The position numbers and the translations under genes are program-made. From an uncultured Bdellovibrionales bacterium (lineage in GTDB: Bacteria; Patescibacteriota; Minisyncoccia; Moranbacterales; UBA1568), in assembly GCA_964436855.1 (NCBI GenBank), contig CAYTED010000001.1, forward strand, positions 64,129 to 128,128: 64,000 nucleotides of DNA, in the 5' to 3' direction. Below the pieces are notes generated by a model that saw only the letters and a list, made by a program, of their open reading frames with translations, searched no databases and was not told where the DNA came from. This document shows positions 21,025 through 29,692 of the stretch, piece after piece (positions within the stretch are counted from its first letter, which is position 1; each line of letters starts with the position of its first letter).

Positions 21025-21720
21025 ATGAAAGTACAACTCAGCCAAAATAAAATACTCCTCGCAGCACTCCTCATTGGAACGATTTTTCTTTTCATTCGAT
21101 TCTTTAGCTATCTCTCCTTTCCGGAATCGGACTACAACTTTCTTGGCAAAGATAAGAAAGTAAAACTTGATCCAAAAACAAGCATCATGCAGATATTCGA
21201 AGCAAAGGAAAACGGACTCGATCAAATAAAAATCGTTATGGGAAATATCGATAGACTCCCCCTCAATGAATCTGTCCTGCTTGAGCTTCGCGACCCTCAA
21301 TGCGAACAGGTACTCGCAGAAGATACAATAAATTGGCTCACCGAAAGTCCAAAAATATACTATCGCTTCCGATTCCCCCGCATCGACGATTCAATCGGGA
21401 AAAAATATTGCCTAAAAATTTCCTACGAAGCGAATACAAAAAGAGGCGGCGAACGCCCCTCAATCGCCGTAAGTGACGACGACCAATTTTCTGATCGCGC
21501 CTATACCGATACATCAAACGGAAAAACCTACATTGGGAGAACCCTTCAAATAAGACCTTCCTATTCCGAAGGCTCCCTCACAGGAAACCTCATTCGACTT
21601 GAAAATCGCCTTTCACAATATAAGCCTGAATTCATAAAGGGTTGGATACTCACAATCGGATTTCTGATGATTCTTGGAAGTGTATTGCTTGGAATCATCG
21701 TGATCCGAACAAAAGAATAG
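21025..21720 (+). CDS. Hypothetical protein with N- and C-terminal TM anchors
   Basis: ORF with a hydrophobic N-terminus (LLAALLIGTIFLFI) and C-terminus (ILTIGFLMILGSVLLGIIVI); no recognisable motif. Confidence 0.45.
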   Translation: MKVQLSQNKILLAALLIGTIFLFIRFFSYLSFPESDYNFLGKDKKVKLDPKTSIMQIFEAKENGLDQIKIVMGNIDRLPLNESVLLELRDPQCEQVLAEDTINWLTESPKIYYRFRFPRIDDSIGKKYCLKISYEANTKRGGERPSIAVSDDDQFSDRAYTDTSNGKTYIGRTLQIRPSYSEGSLTGNLIRLENRLSQYKPEFIKGWILTIGFLMILGSVLLGIIVIRTKE

Positions 21721-21723
21721 CTC

Positions 21724-22383
21724 TTACTTCTGTATCACTATTGAAAACCCATTACCGACTTTGTCATCGATATCCTCTACTTCGACAATATTCCAGCCGA
21801 GATGCGTGATAAGTTCAATCATATCTTCAGTAATCCATACGGAATAATGGTCATTCTTGTTTGGCTGCGCAACAATTTTTCCTTCATGACGATCGAGAAG
21901 TTCCTGCAAGGTGGTTCTCGGAAAATCCCTATCAAATGTCCGTTCTTTGTGCGGAACGATCATAAAAATATACCCTCCCGGTCGCACAATTCGATACCAT
22001 TCTTTGAGCGCTTTAATCGGATCCGGAAAATGCTCGATCACATGAGCACTTACTACAAAATCTTCACTTTCATCCGGAAGCGGAATAGCGTCTCCGGATG
22101 CGAGAATGTCAACCGAAAGCACCTCTCCTACATTCGCCGACTCCATCTTCTTGTACTGGTTGTCATCTGGCGTATAATCAACATTTCGAGTATTGAGACC
22201 GAAAGGATTGTGCGCCGATCCGCCAATTTCAATCCCCTTCTTACCCTTCAAATATTTATGCGCGAGATTGCTCTCCGGAAACTTCACATGGAACATTCGT
22301 TTGAACGCATTATAAGGAGTAAAAATCCACTTCGGCACCAATGGTTTTATATAGCGTATATATATCTCTCGCAACAAACCCAT
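21724..22383 (-). CDS. Class I SAM-dependent methyltransferase
   Basis: IEIGGSAHNP (motif I variant) and VVSAHVIEHFPDP...LKPGGYIF, typical of Methyltransf_11-type proteins. Confidence 0.7.
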   Translation of the reverse strand: MGLLREIYIRYIKPLVPKWIFTPYNAFKRMFHVKFPESNLAHKYLKGKKGIEIGGSAHNPFGLNTRNVDYTPDDNQYKKMESANVGEVLSVDILASGDAIPLPDESEDFVVSAHVIEHFPDPIKALKEWYRIVRPGGYIFMIVPHKERTFDRDFPRTTLQELLDRHEGKIVAQPNKNDHYSVWITEDMIELITHLGWNIVEVEDIDDKVGNGFSIVIQK

Positions 22384-22410
22384 ACTATTGAATACCTTAT
22401 TTTTTTCAAC

Positions 22411-22845
22411 TCACGAAGTCTTTCGAAGTTTAATGGAAGTCCCTATTATTTTTGCTAAAGAAAAAGCGATAAAAACCGTGTAGAGAATAACCAGTACCAG
22501 AAAATCAAACGCGCCTTGCGCTACCCCGCCGAAACCGCTCTGCTGATGCATACCATTCTGCAAGAAAGTGACAATCACAATCACCGGAACAAACCATCGC
22601 GCAAATCTCCACCAAGCCTGAAAAACCTCGTCTCGCATTTTGTAGGTAAGAAGAACAGGAAAAAACAATAGTAAGAAGAAATTAACAAATATCAAACTCA
22701 TCAATTCAGGAAATTTATCAAAACAGCCTTCATAGTCCCCAAATGTATATGAATTAACACAAAATTTAAAAAGGGTAGGATTATCAAAAATATATGCTAA
22801 TAATCCAGAAAAAACAGAGAATAATAATATATTTTTCTTTGTCAT
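22411..22845 (-). CDS. Small integral membrane protein, hypothetical
   Basis: Four hydrophobic segments; immediately downstream of the giant secreted protein gene. Confidence 0.45.
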   Translation of the reverse strand: MTKKNILLFSVFSGLLAYIFDNPTLFKFCVNSYTFGDYEGCFDKFPELMSLIFVNFFLLLFFPVLLTYKMRDEVFQAWWRFARWFVPVIVIVTFLQNGMHQQSGFGGVAQGAFDFLVLVILYTVFIAFSLAKIIGTSIKLRKTS

Positions 22846-22849
22846 AAAT

Positions 22850-25800
22850 TTAATAACTTATTTTTATATAACCTTTATTTGTTTCTAACTTGAGTACTTT
22901 CAACCCAGCTCTCTCCTCACTCATCACCAACACATTTTCTTCCCTCTTGATCGTTGTTTCATTCTCCTTCGTCAGATAATGAGCATTTATCTGAAGCAAA
23001 TCCGTAACAGCAAGTTCATTCAGCATTTTAACACTTCCATTCTTTTCAAGCGACCATTCATAATGTAAAGAGGCCGGAAGAGAGAAGCTGGCACTCTCTC
23101 CATCATACGCAAGCGACTTCAACAAAAATTTGATCTGCTTTCCATCCTCATTCTTTTCAAAAATGGTCTCCGCGACATGTCCCGCCTCATCGATTGCTCG
23201 AGCAGTTATTTCAGAAACTTCCGTGGTGACCGGAGAAACACTATCGCTCCCGATGATAACAAGCATTTTCGACTCCGGATCAAATGCAAAAGAAAATTCC
23301 GGATCAGACACATCTATCTTGATCATTTCTTCTTTCACATCCTCCTTGTTCCCCTGTTTATCGGTAGAAAAATACTGAAAAGAAGTCACTCCTTCCTGGG
23401 AAAGAATAATCGGTTTAACATAGTCCTGCCATGTTTTCCCACCATCAAGAGAGTACTCTATTTTTTCAACACCACTCCCATTTTCATTATCTTGAGCAGA
23501 AAGAGTAACGGTAACATCGCTCGTGTACCATCCATTCTCTCCCTCCGTTCCGGAGAGAGTGCTGCTCGTCGTTGGCGAAGTCACATCAGGCAATACCGTC
23601 TCTCCAATCTTCGACTGAAATGAGAAATCGTCGTACCCATCACCATCATAGTCCACATGAAGCAGAGAAGCGTTGGAAATAGTTCCGTTCGGAAAATCCA
23701 TACGCACTTCCGTATCCGCAGAAGTCGGAACACCGGAGAAGGTCGTCTCGGCTGATACGATTCCATTTTCTATTTCCTGTACCTCAAGCGTGAACGATCC
23801 CTCCGCTTCACCGTCCAAAAGAAGCGTCGGGTGAGCCGAAGCAGGAAGGGAAATATACTGCACTTCACCAAAGTTTCGATATTCCGCTCCAGGAATATCA
23901 GAAACGGAGGCGTTCACCATGTTTCCAGCCTCATCTCGCGCAGAAAGCGCAAGCGGTGAATGGAGGAAATATCGAAGACGCTTTTCTGAAGTTCTTGATG
24001 GATAGATATCTGAAATAAATTTTGGAAAAGTTGAAGATATTTGAGTAAGAATGTTTTCTTTAATAAAAGCCCGTAATTGAGGAACTTCTAAAATATCCGC
24101 ATGCTTTCTCTTCAGAGTAAAGGAAAGATCTTCATAACCCTTCAAATCCACCCACCATCTCGAAACACCTGGAATACTCTCATTCATCGCCAAGGCACTC
24201 GGCGCCACCACCGTTCCATCACCATCAACCACCATATCCGGTGTATATTCGAGCTTCGGGGAGAGTTCACGGCATTGGCCGATCACTGACCGCTTCGTGC
24301 AATCCATTCCTGTCCAATATTTCACCGATCCGACCGTATCTTCTCCGAATCCAGCGATCTGATACACGGAAACACCACTCGGCGGACTCCAATAATCCAG
24401 AAGCGTGTCATGCATCGCTTCACTCTCATTAAACAGCTTCGTATTGATCACACTCGGACGTTCCAGCTCAACAGAATCAGCCGAAACTTTTCCATCGCTA
24501 TCATTCAAAAACACTTTCAATGTGGAAAAATCATCTATCTTGTCGCCATATTTTTCTCTATACGATTGCGTCGCATCCCCATCATCAAACGTAATCACCG
24601 GACTCATCACCGCACTTCCCCATCCGGAAAAATACGCCTTCGATGGCAATAGTCCATACGCACTTGGCATATCCTGCGCCAAAGTGCGAGCCACGCGATG
24701 TGAAAGAGCAAAAGGCATCCAGTTGACCGGCAATCCCTGATCATACCCGTGCAAAATCGCGCCAATCGCCTGCGGTGTCCCAGACTGCGGCACTGCCACA
24801 AATACGATCTTATCAATCAAATCCGCTGCTTCAGCACCAAGTTTCGACACCAAAGCCTTTGTTACTAACCCACCATTCGAATGAGCGATGATCGTCACCT
24901 TGCCCGTCCTCGAACTCGCCGCCAACCGACGCAATTCTTCCACTATATATGGTGTACTTGTCGGTGCTCCATACGAAATCCGATCACCATCCTTCGCTCC
25001 GCTATTGACGACATCTTCCACTGACAGTCGCCAATCATACGGCACCACCGCATAATCATTCATAATCCCATCGACACTCTTCCAATGCTCAAGATCTTCA
25101 AGAAATGACTTATATACATTCCCCTTCACTGAAACATACGCGTTATCGATTACATCCTTCGTATAAATCCCCGACCGAGTACTCCGCCCATTTGCATCGA
25201 GATACAGTTTCTCCGCATCTTCATCTTTCTCCGGTTCCCACAATCGCGCTTCACTATTCTCTGCCGATTCATACAATCGGCTCGCCTCTACGCCCGGAAA
25301 GAACAGGACATTCGAAAAACATTGCTCCGTACATCCATCTGCAAATGGATCCTTCCCAAGCCATGGCTGAAAAGCCACTCCATCTACTACGCTATTTCCT
25401 TTTCCTTCCAAATTCGCGACCCCGGGATATGTCCACCCACTATACACTCCTTGTTTATAGTACGGTCCACTCGCATCACCCCACCAATTATTCGTAGCAA
25501 AAAGCTTCGTTTCTTGTTGCCAACCCACAAAACCATCTATATACACTCCTCGTTGATTTCGAGCAATACTATTGTTCGCAATGATGAGATTTTGCCCAGA
25601 AAAATATCCTGTCAAATTGATACCTATTCCATTTTCCGTAACAGTATTATGTTCAAAAACAGGTTTTGCGCCGTATCCAAAAGTAACTCCTCCATATGAT
25701 CCATATCGCATTTCAGAATATTGAACACTGGTGTTTGAAGAAAATATTACCAATCCAGCTTCAAGTGGATTGGCCGCGGCATACAGAAATTTTACATGTT

Positions 25801-26191
25801 CTATGGTTCCTTTTCCGGTTTTTGGAATCATGACATACCTCCAATCCCCAGGATTCGGTACAGTCAAGCTTCCATCATTATTCGTATCCCCACCAAAGCT
25901 ATCATCCTGAAAAGAAGTGAAAACAATCTCTTCCGCTTCCGTTCCAACGGCCGTCAAAGAAGCAAATGATAACAAGGTACTTTTTTTCTGCATTTTCACC
26001 ACCACTCCGGGCTCAATCGTTACCGGCGTAGAAATATACAATCCATAATCAACAACAAGATACGGACTTCCCGCTTTTGTCCAAACACTTGGAACGGGTT
26101 TCCCGTATTGTATTTCCGTCGCCGCAGAAACATCTTTCACATAAAAAAACATCCCCAACACAATGAAAGGAAGGAGGATAATTCTTTTCAT
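22850..26191 (-). CDS. Giant secreted multi-domain protein: signal peptide, right-handed beta-helix region, LCAT-like alpha/beta-hydrolase (lipase/phospholipase) domain, C-terminal Ig-like repeats
   Basis: N-terminal MKRIILLPFIVLGMFFYVKDVSA signal peptide; NNSIARNQRGVYIDG beta-helix repeat; VVPYDWRLS plus TIIAHSNGG (GHSxG nucleophile elbow) match the LCAT family; GSGVEKIEYSLDGGKTWQDY and similar Ig-like modules. Confidence 0.8.
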   Translation of the reverse strand: MKRIILLPFIVLGMFFYVKDVSAATEIQYGKPVPSVWTKAGSPYLVVDYGLYISTPVTIEPGVVVKMQKKSTLLSFASLTAVGTEAEEIVFTSFQDDSFGGDTNNDGSLTVPNPGDWRYVMIPKTGKGTIEHVKFLYAAANPLEAGLVIFSSNTSVQYSEMRYGSYGGVTFGYGAKPVFEHNTVTENGIGINLTGYFSGQNLIIANNSIARNQRGVYIDGFVGWQQETKLFATNNWWGDASGPYYKQGVYSGWTYPGVANLEGKGNSVVDGVAFQPWLGKDPFADGCTEQCFSNVLFFPGVEASRLYESAENSEARLWEPEKDEDAEKLYLDANGRSTRSGIYTKDVIDNAYVSVKGNVYKSFLEDLEHWKSVDGIMNDYAVVPYDWRLSVEDVVNSGAKDGDRISYGAPTSTPYIVEELRRLAASSRTGKVTIIAHSNGGLVTKALVSKLGAEAADLIDKIVFVAVPQSGTPQAIGAILHGYDQGLPVNWMPFALSHRVARTLAQDMPSAYGLLPSKAYFSGWGSAVMSPVITFDDGDATQSYREKYGDKIDDFSTLKVFLNDSDGKVSADSVELERPSVINTKLFNESEAMHDTLLDYWSPPSGVSVYQIAGFGEDTVGSVKYWTGMDCTKRSVIGQCRELSPKLEYTPDMVVDGDGTVVAPSALAMNESIPGVSRWWVDLKGYEDLSFTLKRKHADILEVPQLRAFIKENILTQISSTFPKFISDIYPSRTSEKRLRYFLHSPLALSARDEAGNMVNASVSDIPGAEYRNFGEVQYISLPASAHPTLLLDGEAEGSFTLEVQEIENGIVSAETTFSGVPTSADTEVRMDFPNGTISNASLLHVDYDGDGYDDFSFQSKIGETVLPDVTSPTTSSTLSGTEGENGWYTSDVTVTLSAQDNENGSGVEKIEYSLDGGKTWQDYVKPIILSQEGVTSFQYFSTDKQGNKEDVKEEMIKIDVSDPEFSFAFDPESKMLVIIGSDSVSPVTTEVSEITARAIDEAGHVAETIFEKNEDGKQIKFLLKSLAYDGESASFSLPASLHYEWSLEKNGSVKMLNELAVTDLLQINAHYLTKENETTIKREENVLVMSEERAGLKVLKLETNKGYIKISY

Positions 26192-26269
26192 GAATGTAAT
26201 ATTATCTTTATTACTATTAAAAAGTATATAAAAGAAAGTATAAAAAAACAAAACCTAGGTTTACACCAT

Positions 26270-26761
26270 TTACTCACCATCCTCAATATCTAACCGAGAA
26301 ACATCATACTGATCAAATTCTTTGCGCCATTTTTGATAGTACCATTCGGCTTTTTCAGGAAGTTCGCCGCTTTCACGGGCGAGTTTCGCTTCGGCCTCGG
26401 TCGCGTACTTGAAAAAATCCCGTTCCGCGAGTCGCGATTCAAGCTCGTCCCAAAATTCGTCCTCAAGAAATCGATTCATCACTTCATCCACTTTTTTTGA
26501 AAATGTTTCGGACGGAACTATTTTGTCGCGCCACTTCCGCGCAAGAGAAGAGAGTTTCGATTGTTCAATCTGTCCCCAGATACGGTCCGCTGCCGTCTTC
26601 GCAAGCTCTGTCTTATCCTTTCGAAGCTCACCCTCCTTTTCACGAACCCAAAGCCCGAGCTCAACCAAAAGAAGAAGCTCCTCCATTTCATCTTTCGAAA
26701 GCTCGAGACGCATCGGAATTTCATTGAGCCACTTCGGCTGCACGGTTAAAAGATTTTTCAT
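26270..26761 (-). CDS. Hypothetical acidic protein
   Basis: 163-aa ORF downstream of uvrC on the same strand; charged/helical composition; no motif recognised. Confidence 0.5.
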   Translation of the reverse strand: MKNLLTVQPKWLNEIPMRLELSKDEMEELLLLVELGLWVREKEGELRKDKTELAKTAADRIWGQIEQSKLSSLARKWRDKIVPSETFSKKVDEVMNRFLEDEFWDELESRLAERDFFKYATEAEAKLARESGELPEKAEWYYQKWRKEFDQYDVSRLDIEDGE

Positions 26762-26807
26762 AAATAAAAAAATAAAAGATACCCCTAGCCTACCCGAAAA
26801 AAATCAT

Positions 26808-28088
26808 TTAGGAAAGGAATGCTTTCCCTCGACGTTTTCGGTGATACCCGATCGCGAATCGATGCGCCTCGGCATTCGCCAAGTAGATTTCTTTTGCAAA
26901 TCGCTGCGAAAGTTTCGGGTCGCCGATAATACGCTCCGGCCGATGCCGTTCATTTTTCACCACCCCAACGATCGGCACCGCAATCTTCATCGAATCAAGC
27001 ACTTTTTCCGCAACGCCGAACTGAAGCAGCGCTCCATCAACCGCAACCATATCCGGCATCGTCCACTCGGAATGCGCGAATCGTCGTCGCAGCACTTCTT
27101 CAAGCGCGCGCAAATCATCGCCTCGATATTCTTTCCGCAATCGGAATTTCCGATATTCGTTTTTGTCCGCAATCCCATTCGACACAACCGTCATTACCCC
27201 AACCGTCGACGACCCCGCAAGATGCGCCACATCATACGCCTCAATCCGCACATTCTGCACCTCCTGCTCCTTACTGTTCGTCACATGTTCCTTGATAAGC
27301 GCCACATCCTGAATATGCCCGAGCGCAAAAAGCGTCTTTTTAATTTCTCCCGCCCGTTCAAATGCGAGTTCGTTTGCCGCATGTTTCATCTCTCGCTCAA
27401 GCCGCTTCGCAATCGATGCTTTTTTCCCTTCAAAAAATTCGCCGATATTTCGAAGAGTCGCCGCATATTCTCGCTTGGAAATTTCTCCCGTGCACACCCC
27501 GGGGCAAAGTCCGATCTGCCGATTAAAGCACGCCTGTTTTTTGTTCATTGCTCGCTGTTCATTGTTCGCTGGCGTGCACCGATCCCGAAACGGAAAAATG
27601 TGCCGAATAATTTTCATCGCTTCACGCAACTGCAGTCCGTTTGGAAATGGTCCGTACATCGATCGGATATTCCCCGGTGCTTTCCCTTCGGCAAGCTCTC
27701 GCCCGCGCACCACAAGCACACGTGGAAAATCCTCTTCGGTAATCACGACGGAGTTATAGCTCTTATCATCCTTAAGATCGGTATTGTATGGCGGCCGGAC
27801 TTCCTTGATTCGCCTCGACTCAAGGAGAATCGCTTCAAGTACCGAATCCGTCGGTGCAAATCCGACCGCCGCCGCTTTCTCGAGCATGGCGACGATTTTC
27901 GGCCCGCGCGTTACGGCGATATCGGACGAAAAATAGCTTCGTACTCGGTCCCGAAGCGAGGTTGCCTTGCCGATATAGAGGATCCCTCCTGTGGAGTCCA
28001 AGAAAAAATACACCCCCGGATTGTCCGGCAATTCCGCTATCCTCCCAAGACCAAGCTTTTTCTTGAAATACTTCTTCGATGGAGACAT
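26808..28088 (-). CDS. uvrC: Excinuclease ABC subunit C, short form lacking the C-terminal (HhH)2 domain
   Basis: N-terminal GIY-YIG (GVYFFLD...GILYIGKA...R), UVR domain (ELAFERAGEIKK), and RNase-H-like endonuclease domain (EAYDVAHLAGSSTVGVMTV); the protein ends at 426 aa. Confidence 0.85.
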   Translation of the reverse strand: MSPSKKYFKKKLGLGRIAELPDNPGVYFFLDSTGGILYIGKATSLRDRVRSYFSSDIAVTRGPKIVAMLEKAAAVGFAPTDSVLEAILLESRRIKEVRPPYNTDLKDDKSYNSVVITEEDFPRVLVVRGRELAEGKAPGNIRSMYGPFPNGLQLREAMKIIRHIFPFRDRCTPANNEQRAMNKKQACFNRQIGLCPGVCTGEISKREYAATLRNIGEFFEGKKASIAKRLEREMKHAANELAFERAGEIKKTLFALGHIQDVALIKEHVTNSKEQEVQNVRIEAYDVAHLAGSSTVGVMTVVSNGIADKNEYRKFRLRKEYRGDDLRALEEVLRRRFAHSEWTMPDMVAVDGALLQFGVAEKVLDSMKIAVPIVGVVKNERHRPERIIGDPKLSQRFAKEIYLANAEAHRFAIGYHRKRRGKAFLS

Positions 28089-28149
28089 TTGACTTTTTAT
28101 ATAATTTGTAGTATATTATCAATATTGTACCTCAACAAGGAGGAGAGAA

Positions 28150-28512
28150 ATGAATAAGCCCTCGCGTGGTTGCACACGGCTCACGCAGATGTGCGGCGAT
28201 GTCATCGTGCTCCTTGCGGACACCACAGTGCACTGGAATTTCGACAGTGCTTTCATGGAGGTAGCTCACAAGAATAACATCTTTTACAAGGATAATAAAG
28301 AATGTTACAACTACCACTCGAGGGCCGTTCGCAATCGCATAAAGAGCCGACTCGGAAAAAACGAGAGTCTCTGGCGTGAGAACGCTCAGCTCTATCTTCA
28401 GAAAAAATCCAGTGGGAAGAGAAACGCGGCTTGCGCCATCACCACCCCAAGAGGACAAGCGGTCGACTTCAAAATGCTGGCCGCAGCCGACGACACATTC
28501 AAAGGCGACTAA
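28150..28512 (+). CDS. Small hypothetical Cys/His-containing protein (120 aa)
   Basis: Strong Shine-Dalgarno AAGGAGG 7 nt upstream of the ATG; divergent from uvrC; followed by a short stem plus T-run. Confidence 0.4.
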   Translation: MNKPSRGCTRLTQMCGDVIVLLADTTVHWNFDSAFMEVAHKNNIFYKDNKECYNYHSRAVRNRIKSRLGKNESLWRENAQLYLQKKSSGKRNAACAITTPRGQAVDFKMLAAADDTFKGD

Positions 28513-28594
28513 GGTCGTCTTTTTTCTTTCAAAAAAACGAGGGCAATCGGCTGATCGTTCCTTTGTATTACTGACCCCCCCAACAAGACCTCAT

Positions 28595-28623
28595 TTGACT
28601 TTCTATGAAAAATACGGCATAAT
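28595..28623 (+). promoter_or_regulatory. Putative sigma70-type promoter for the 28668 gene
   Basis: TTGACT, 17-nt spacer, CATAAT; about 45 nt upstream of the ATG, with an AAGGGAG ribosome-binding site. Confidence 0.35.
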
Positions 28624-28667
28624 TTCATTTTACAGTTCTTGAACAACTCAACCGAAGGGAGACACAA

Positions 28668-29519
28668 ATGAAAGCTGTTTCCGTGTTTTTGCTCGTCATG
28701 TCGACACTCCTTTCGCTTTCCGCTTCGCAAGAAGCGATCGCGAAAAAACCACTCGTTTCCCAATGGATCAAACAGGAGTACGCGAAAAAGAACGAGGTGG
28801 CGATGAAGTGGATTGGAGCTTTCATCAAAGTCGCCGAGCAATCCGGCGACGAGAACCTACTCGCGCAAGCGAAAAGATTCCGCGGAAACACCATTTTGGT
28901 GACATACCAAGGAAACACAATCTTCATTCTTGAGGAGAAGAGAATGCGAGGAAGTATCCTCCTCAACTTCGTATCGCCAAGTGATTCCTCAAAGAAAGAT
29001 TTCGGTTTTGATACGGAATCGAAAATCGCAGATCTCCAAGAAACGGAAGCTGGTTTTATGCTTTCGATTCTTGATGTCCCAATGTCTCAGATGGGGAAGG
29101 GCCTCTTTATCGCACAAGTCACTACTCAAATGATCGAGGATCTGCGCGAGATATCGTATGCCCGTGCAAACGAAATCGTATCAACAGAACAATATAGTCG
29201 TTCCGCAAGAAAAGCATTCGAGCAGGAAGGTCGTCTGCTCCGAAAAATCGGCGGGACCGCCTACGAGGAATTTCTCGAATGGCAGAAAGCAAAACTCGGA
29301 AGAAAAGCGGAATGTCAATTCGCGATGATCGAAAGTTTCCCGTTCATTAAGGAAGACTGGAGAAAACTAACGCCAATCTTCGACGAGCCGGCATCAAAAT
29401 GGGAAGAGTCGTTCCGCGTCGCGCGAATCGTCCTCCACATGCAAGCAGAAGACTGTCGGAAAAAAGGACTCGAAGAACAATTCTACCGACAAATCTTCGG
29501 GAACAAGACAGGGGTATGA
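28668..29519 (+). CDS. Secreted hypothetical protein
   Basis: N-terminal signal peptide MKAVSVFLLVMSTLLSLSASQEA; no motif recognised. Confidence 0.6.
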   Translation: MKAVSVFLLVMSTLLSLSASQEAIAKKPLVSQWIKQEYAKKNEVAMKWIGAFIKVAEQSGDENLLAQAKRFRGNTILVTYQGNTIFILEEKRMRGSILLNFVSPSDSSKKDFGFDTESKIADLQETEAGFMLSILDVPMSQMGKGLFIAQVTTQMIEDLREISYARANEIVSTEQYSRSARKAFEQEGRLLRKIGGTAYEEFLEWQKAKLGRKAECQFAMIESFPFIKEDWRKLTPIFDEPASKWEESFRVARIVLHMQAEDCRKKGLEEQFYRQIFGNKTGV

Positions 29520-29537
29520 AATACCACCTGTCCTCTA

Positions 29538-29576
29538 CAAAACGACACCGTGCCCCGGCGCCGTTTTTTCTTTTTT
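29538..29576. terminator. Putative bidirectional rho-independent terminator
   Basis: AAAACG...GC-rich palindrome CGGCGCCG...CGTTTTTTCTTTTTT between convergent genes. Confidence 0.45.
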
Positions 29577-29601
29577 GAAAAATGACATCAAAAATTTTCG
29601 A

Positions 29602-29668
29602 AAGAGATTTTTGATTTTTTTCGACCGCGAAATTCGAATTTTAGAAAGAAAAAATCAGAAAATCTCTT
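29602..29668. repeat. AT-rich imperfect 20-bp inverted repeat with a 27-nt spacer
   Basis: AAGAGATTTTTGATTTTTTT ... AAAAAATCAGAAAATCTCTT, the reverse complement with 1-2 mismatches. Confidence 0.6.
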
Positions 29669-29692
29669 GAGAAAAAACAGAAAGTATTTACT

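Noticed and set aside
26409-28157. 582-aa ORF on the + strand spanning the uvrC region
   Set aside because: It is antisense to a confidently identified uvrC, Arg/Ser/Pro-rich and low in complexity, with no motif. It is a typical shadow ORF.
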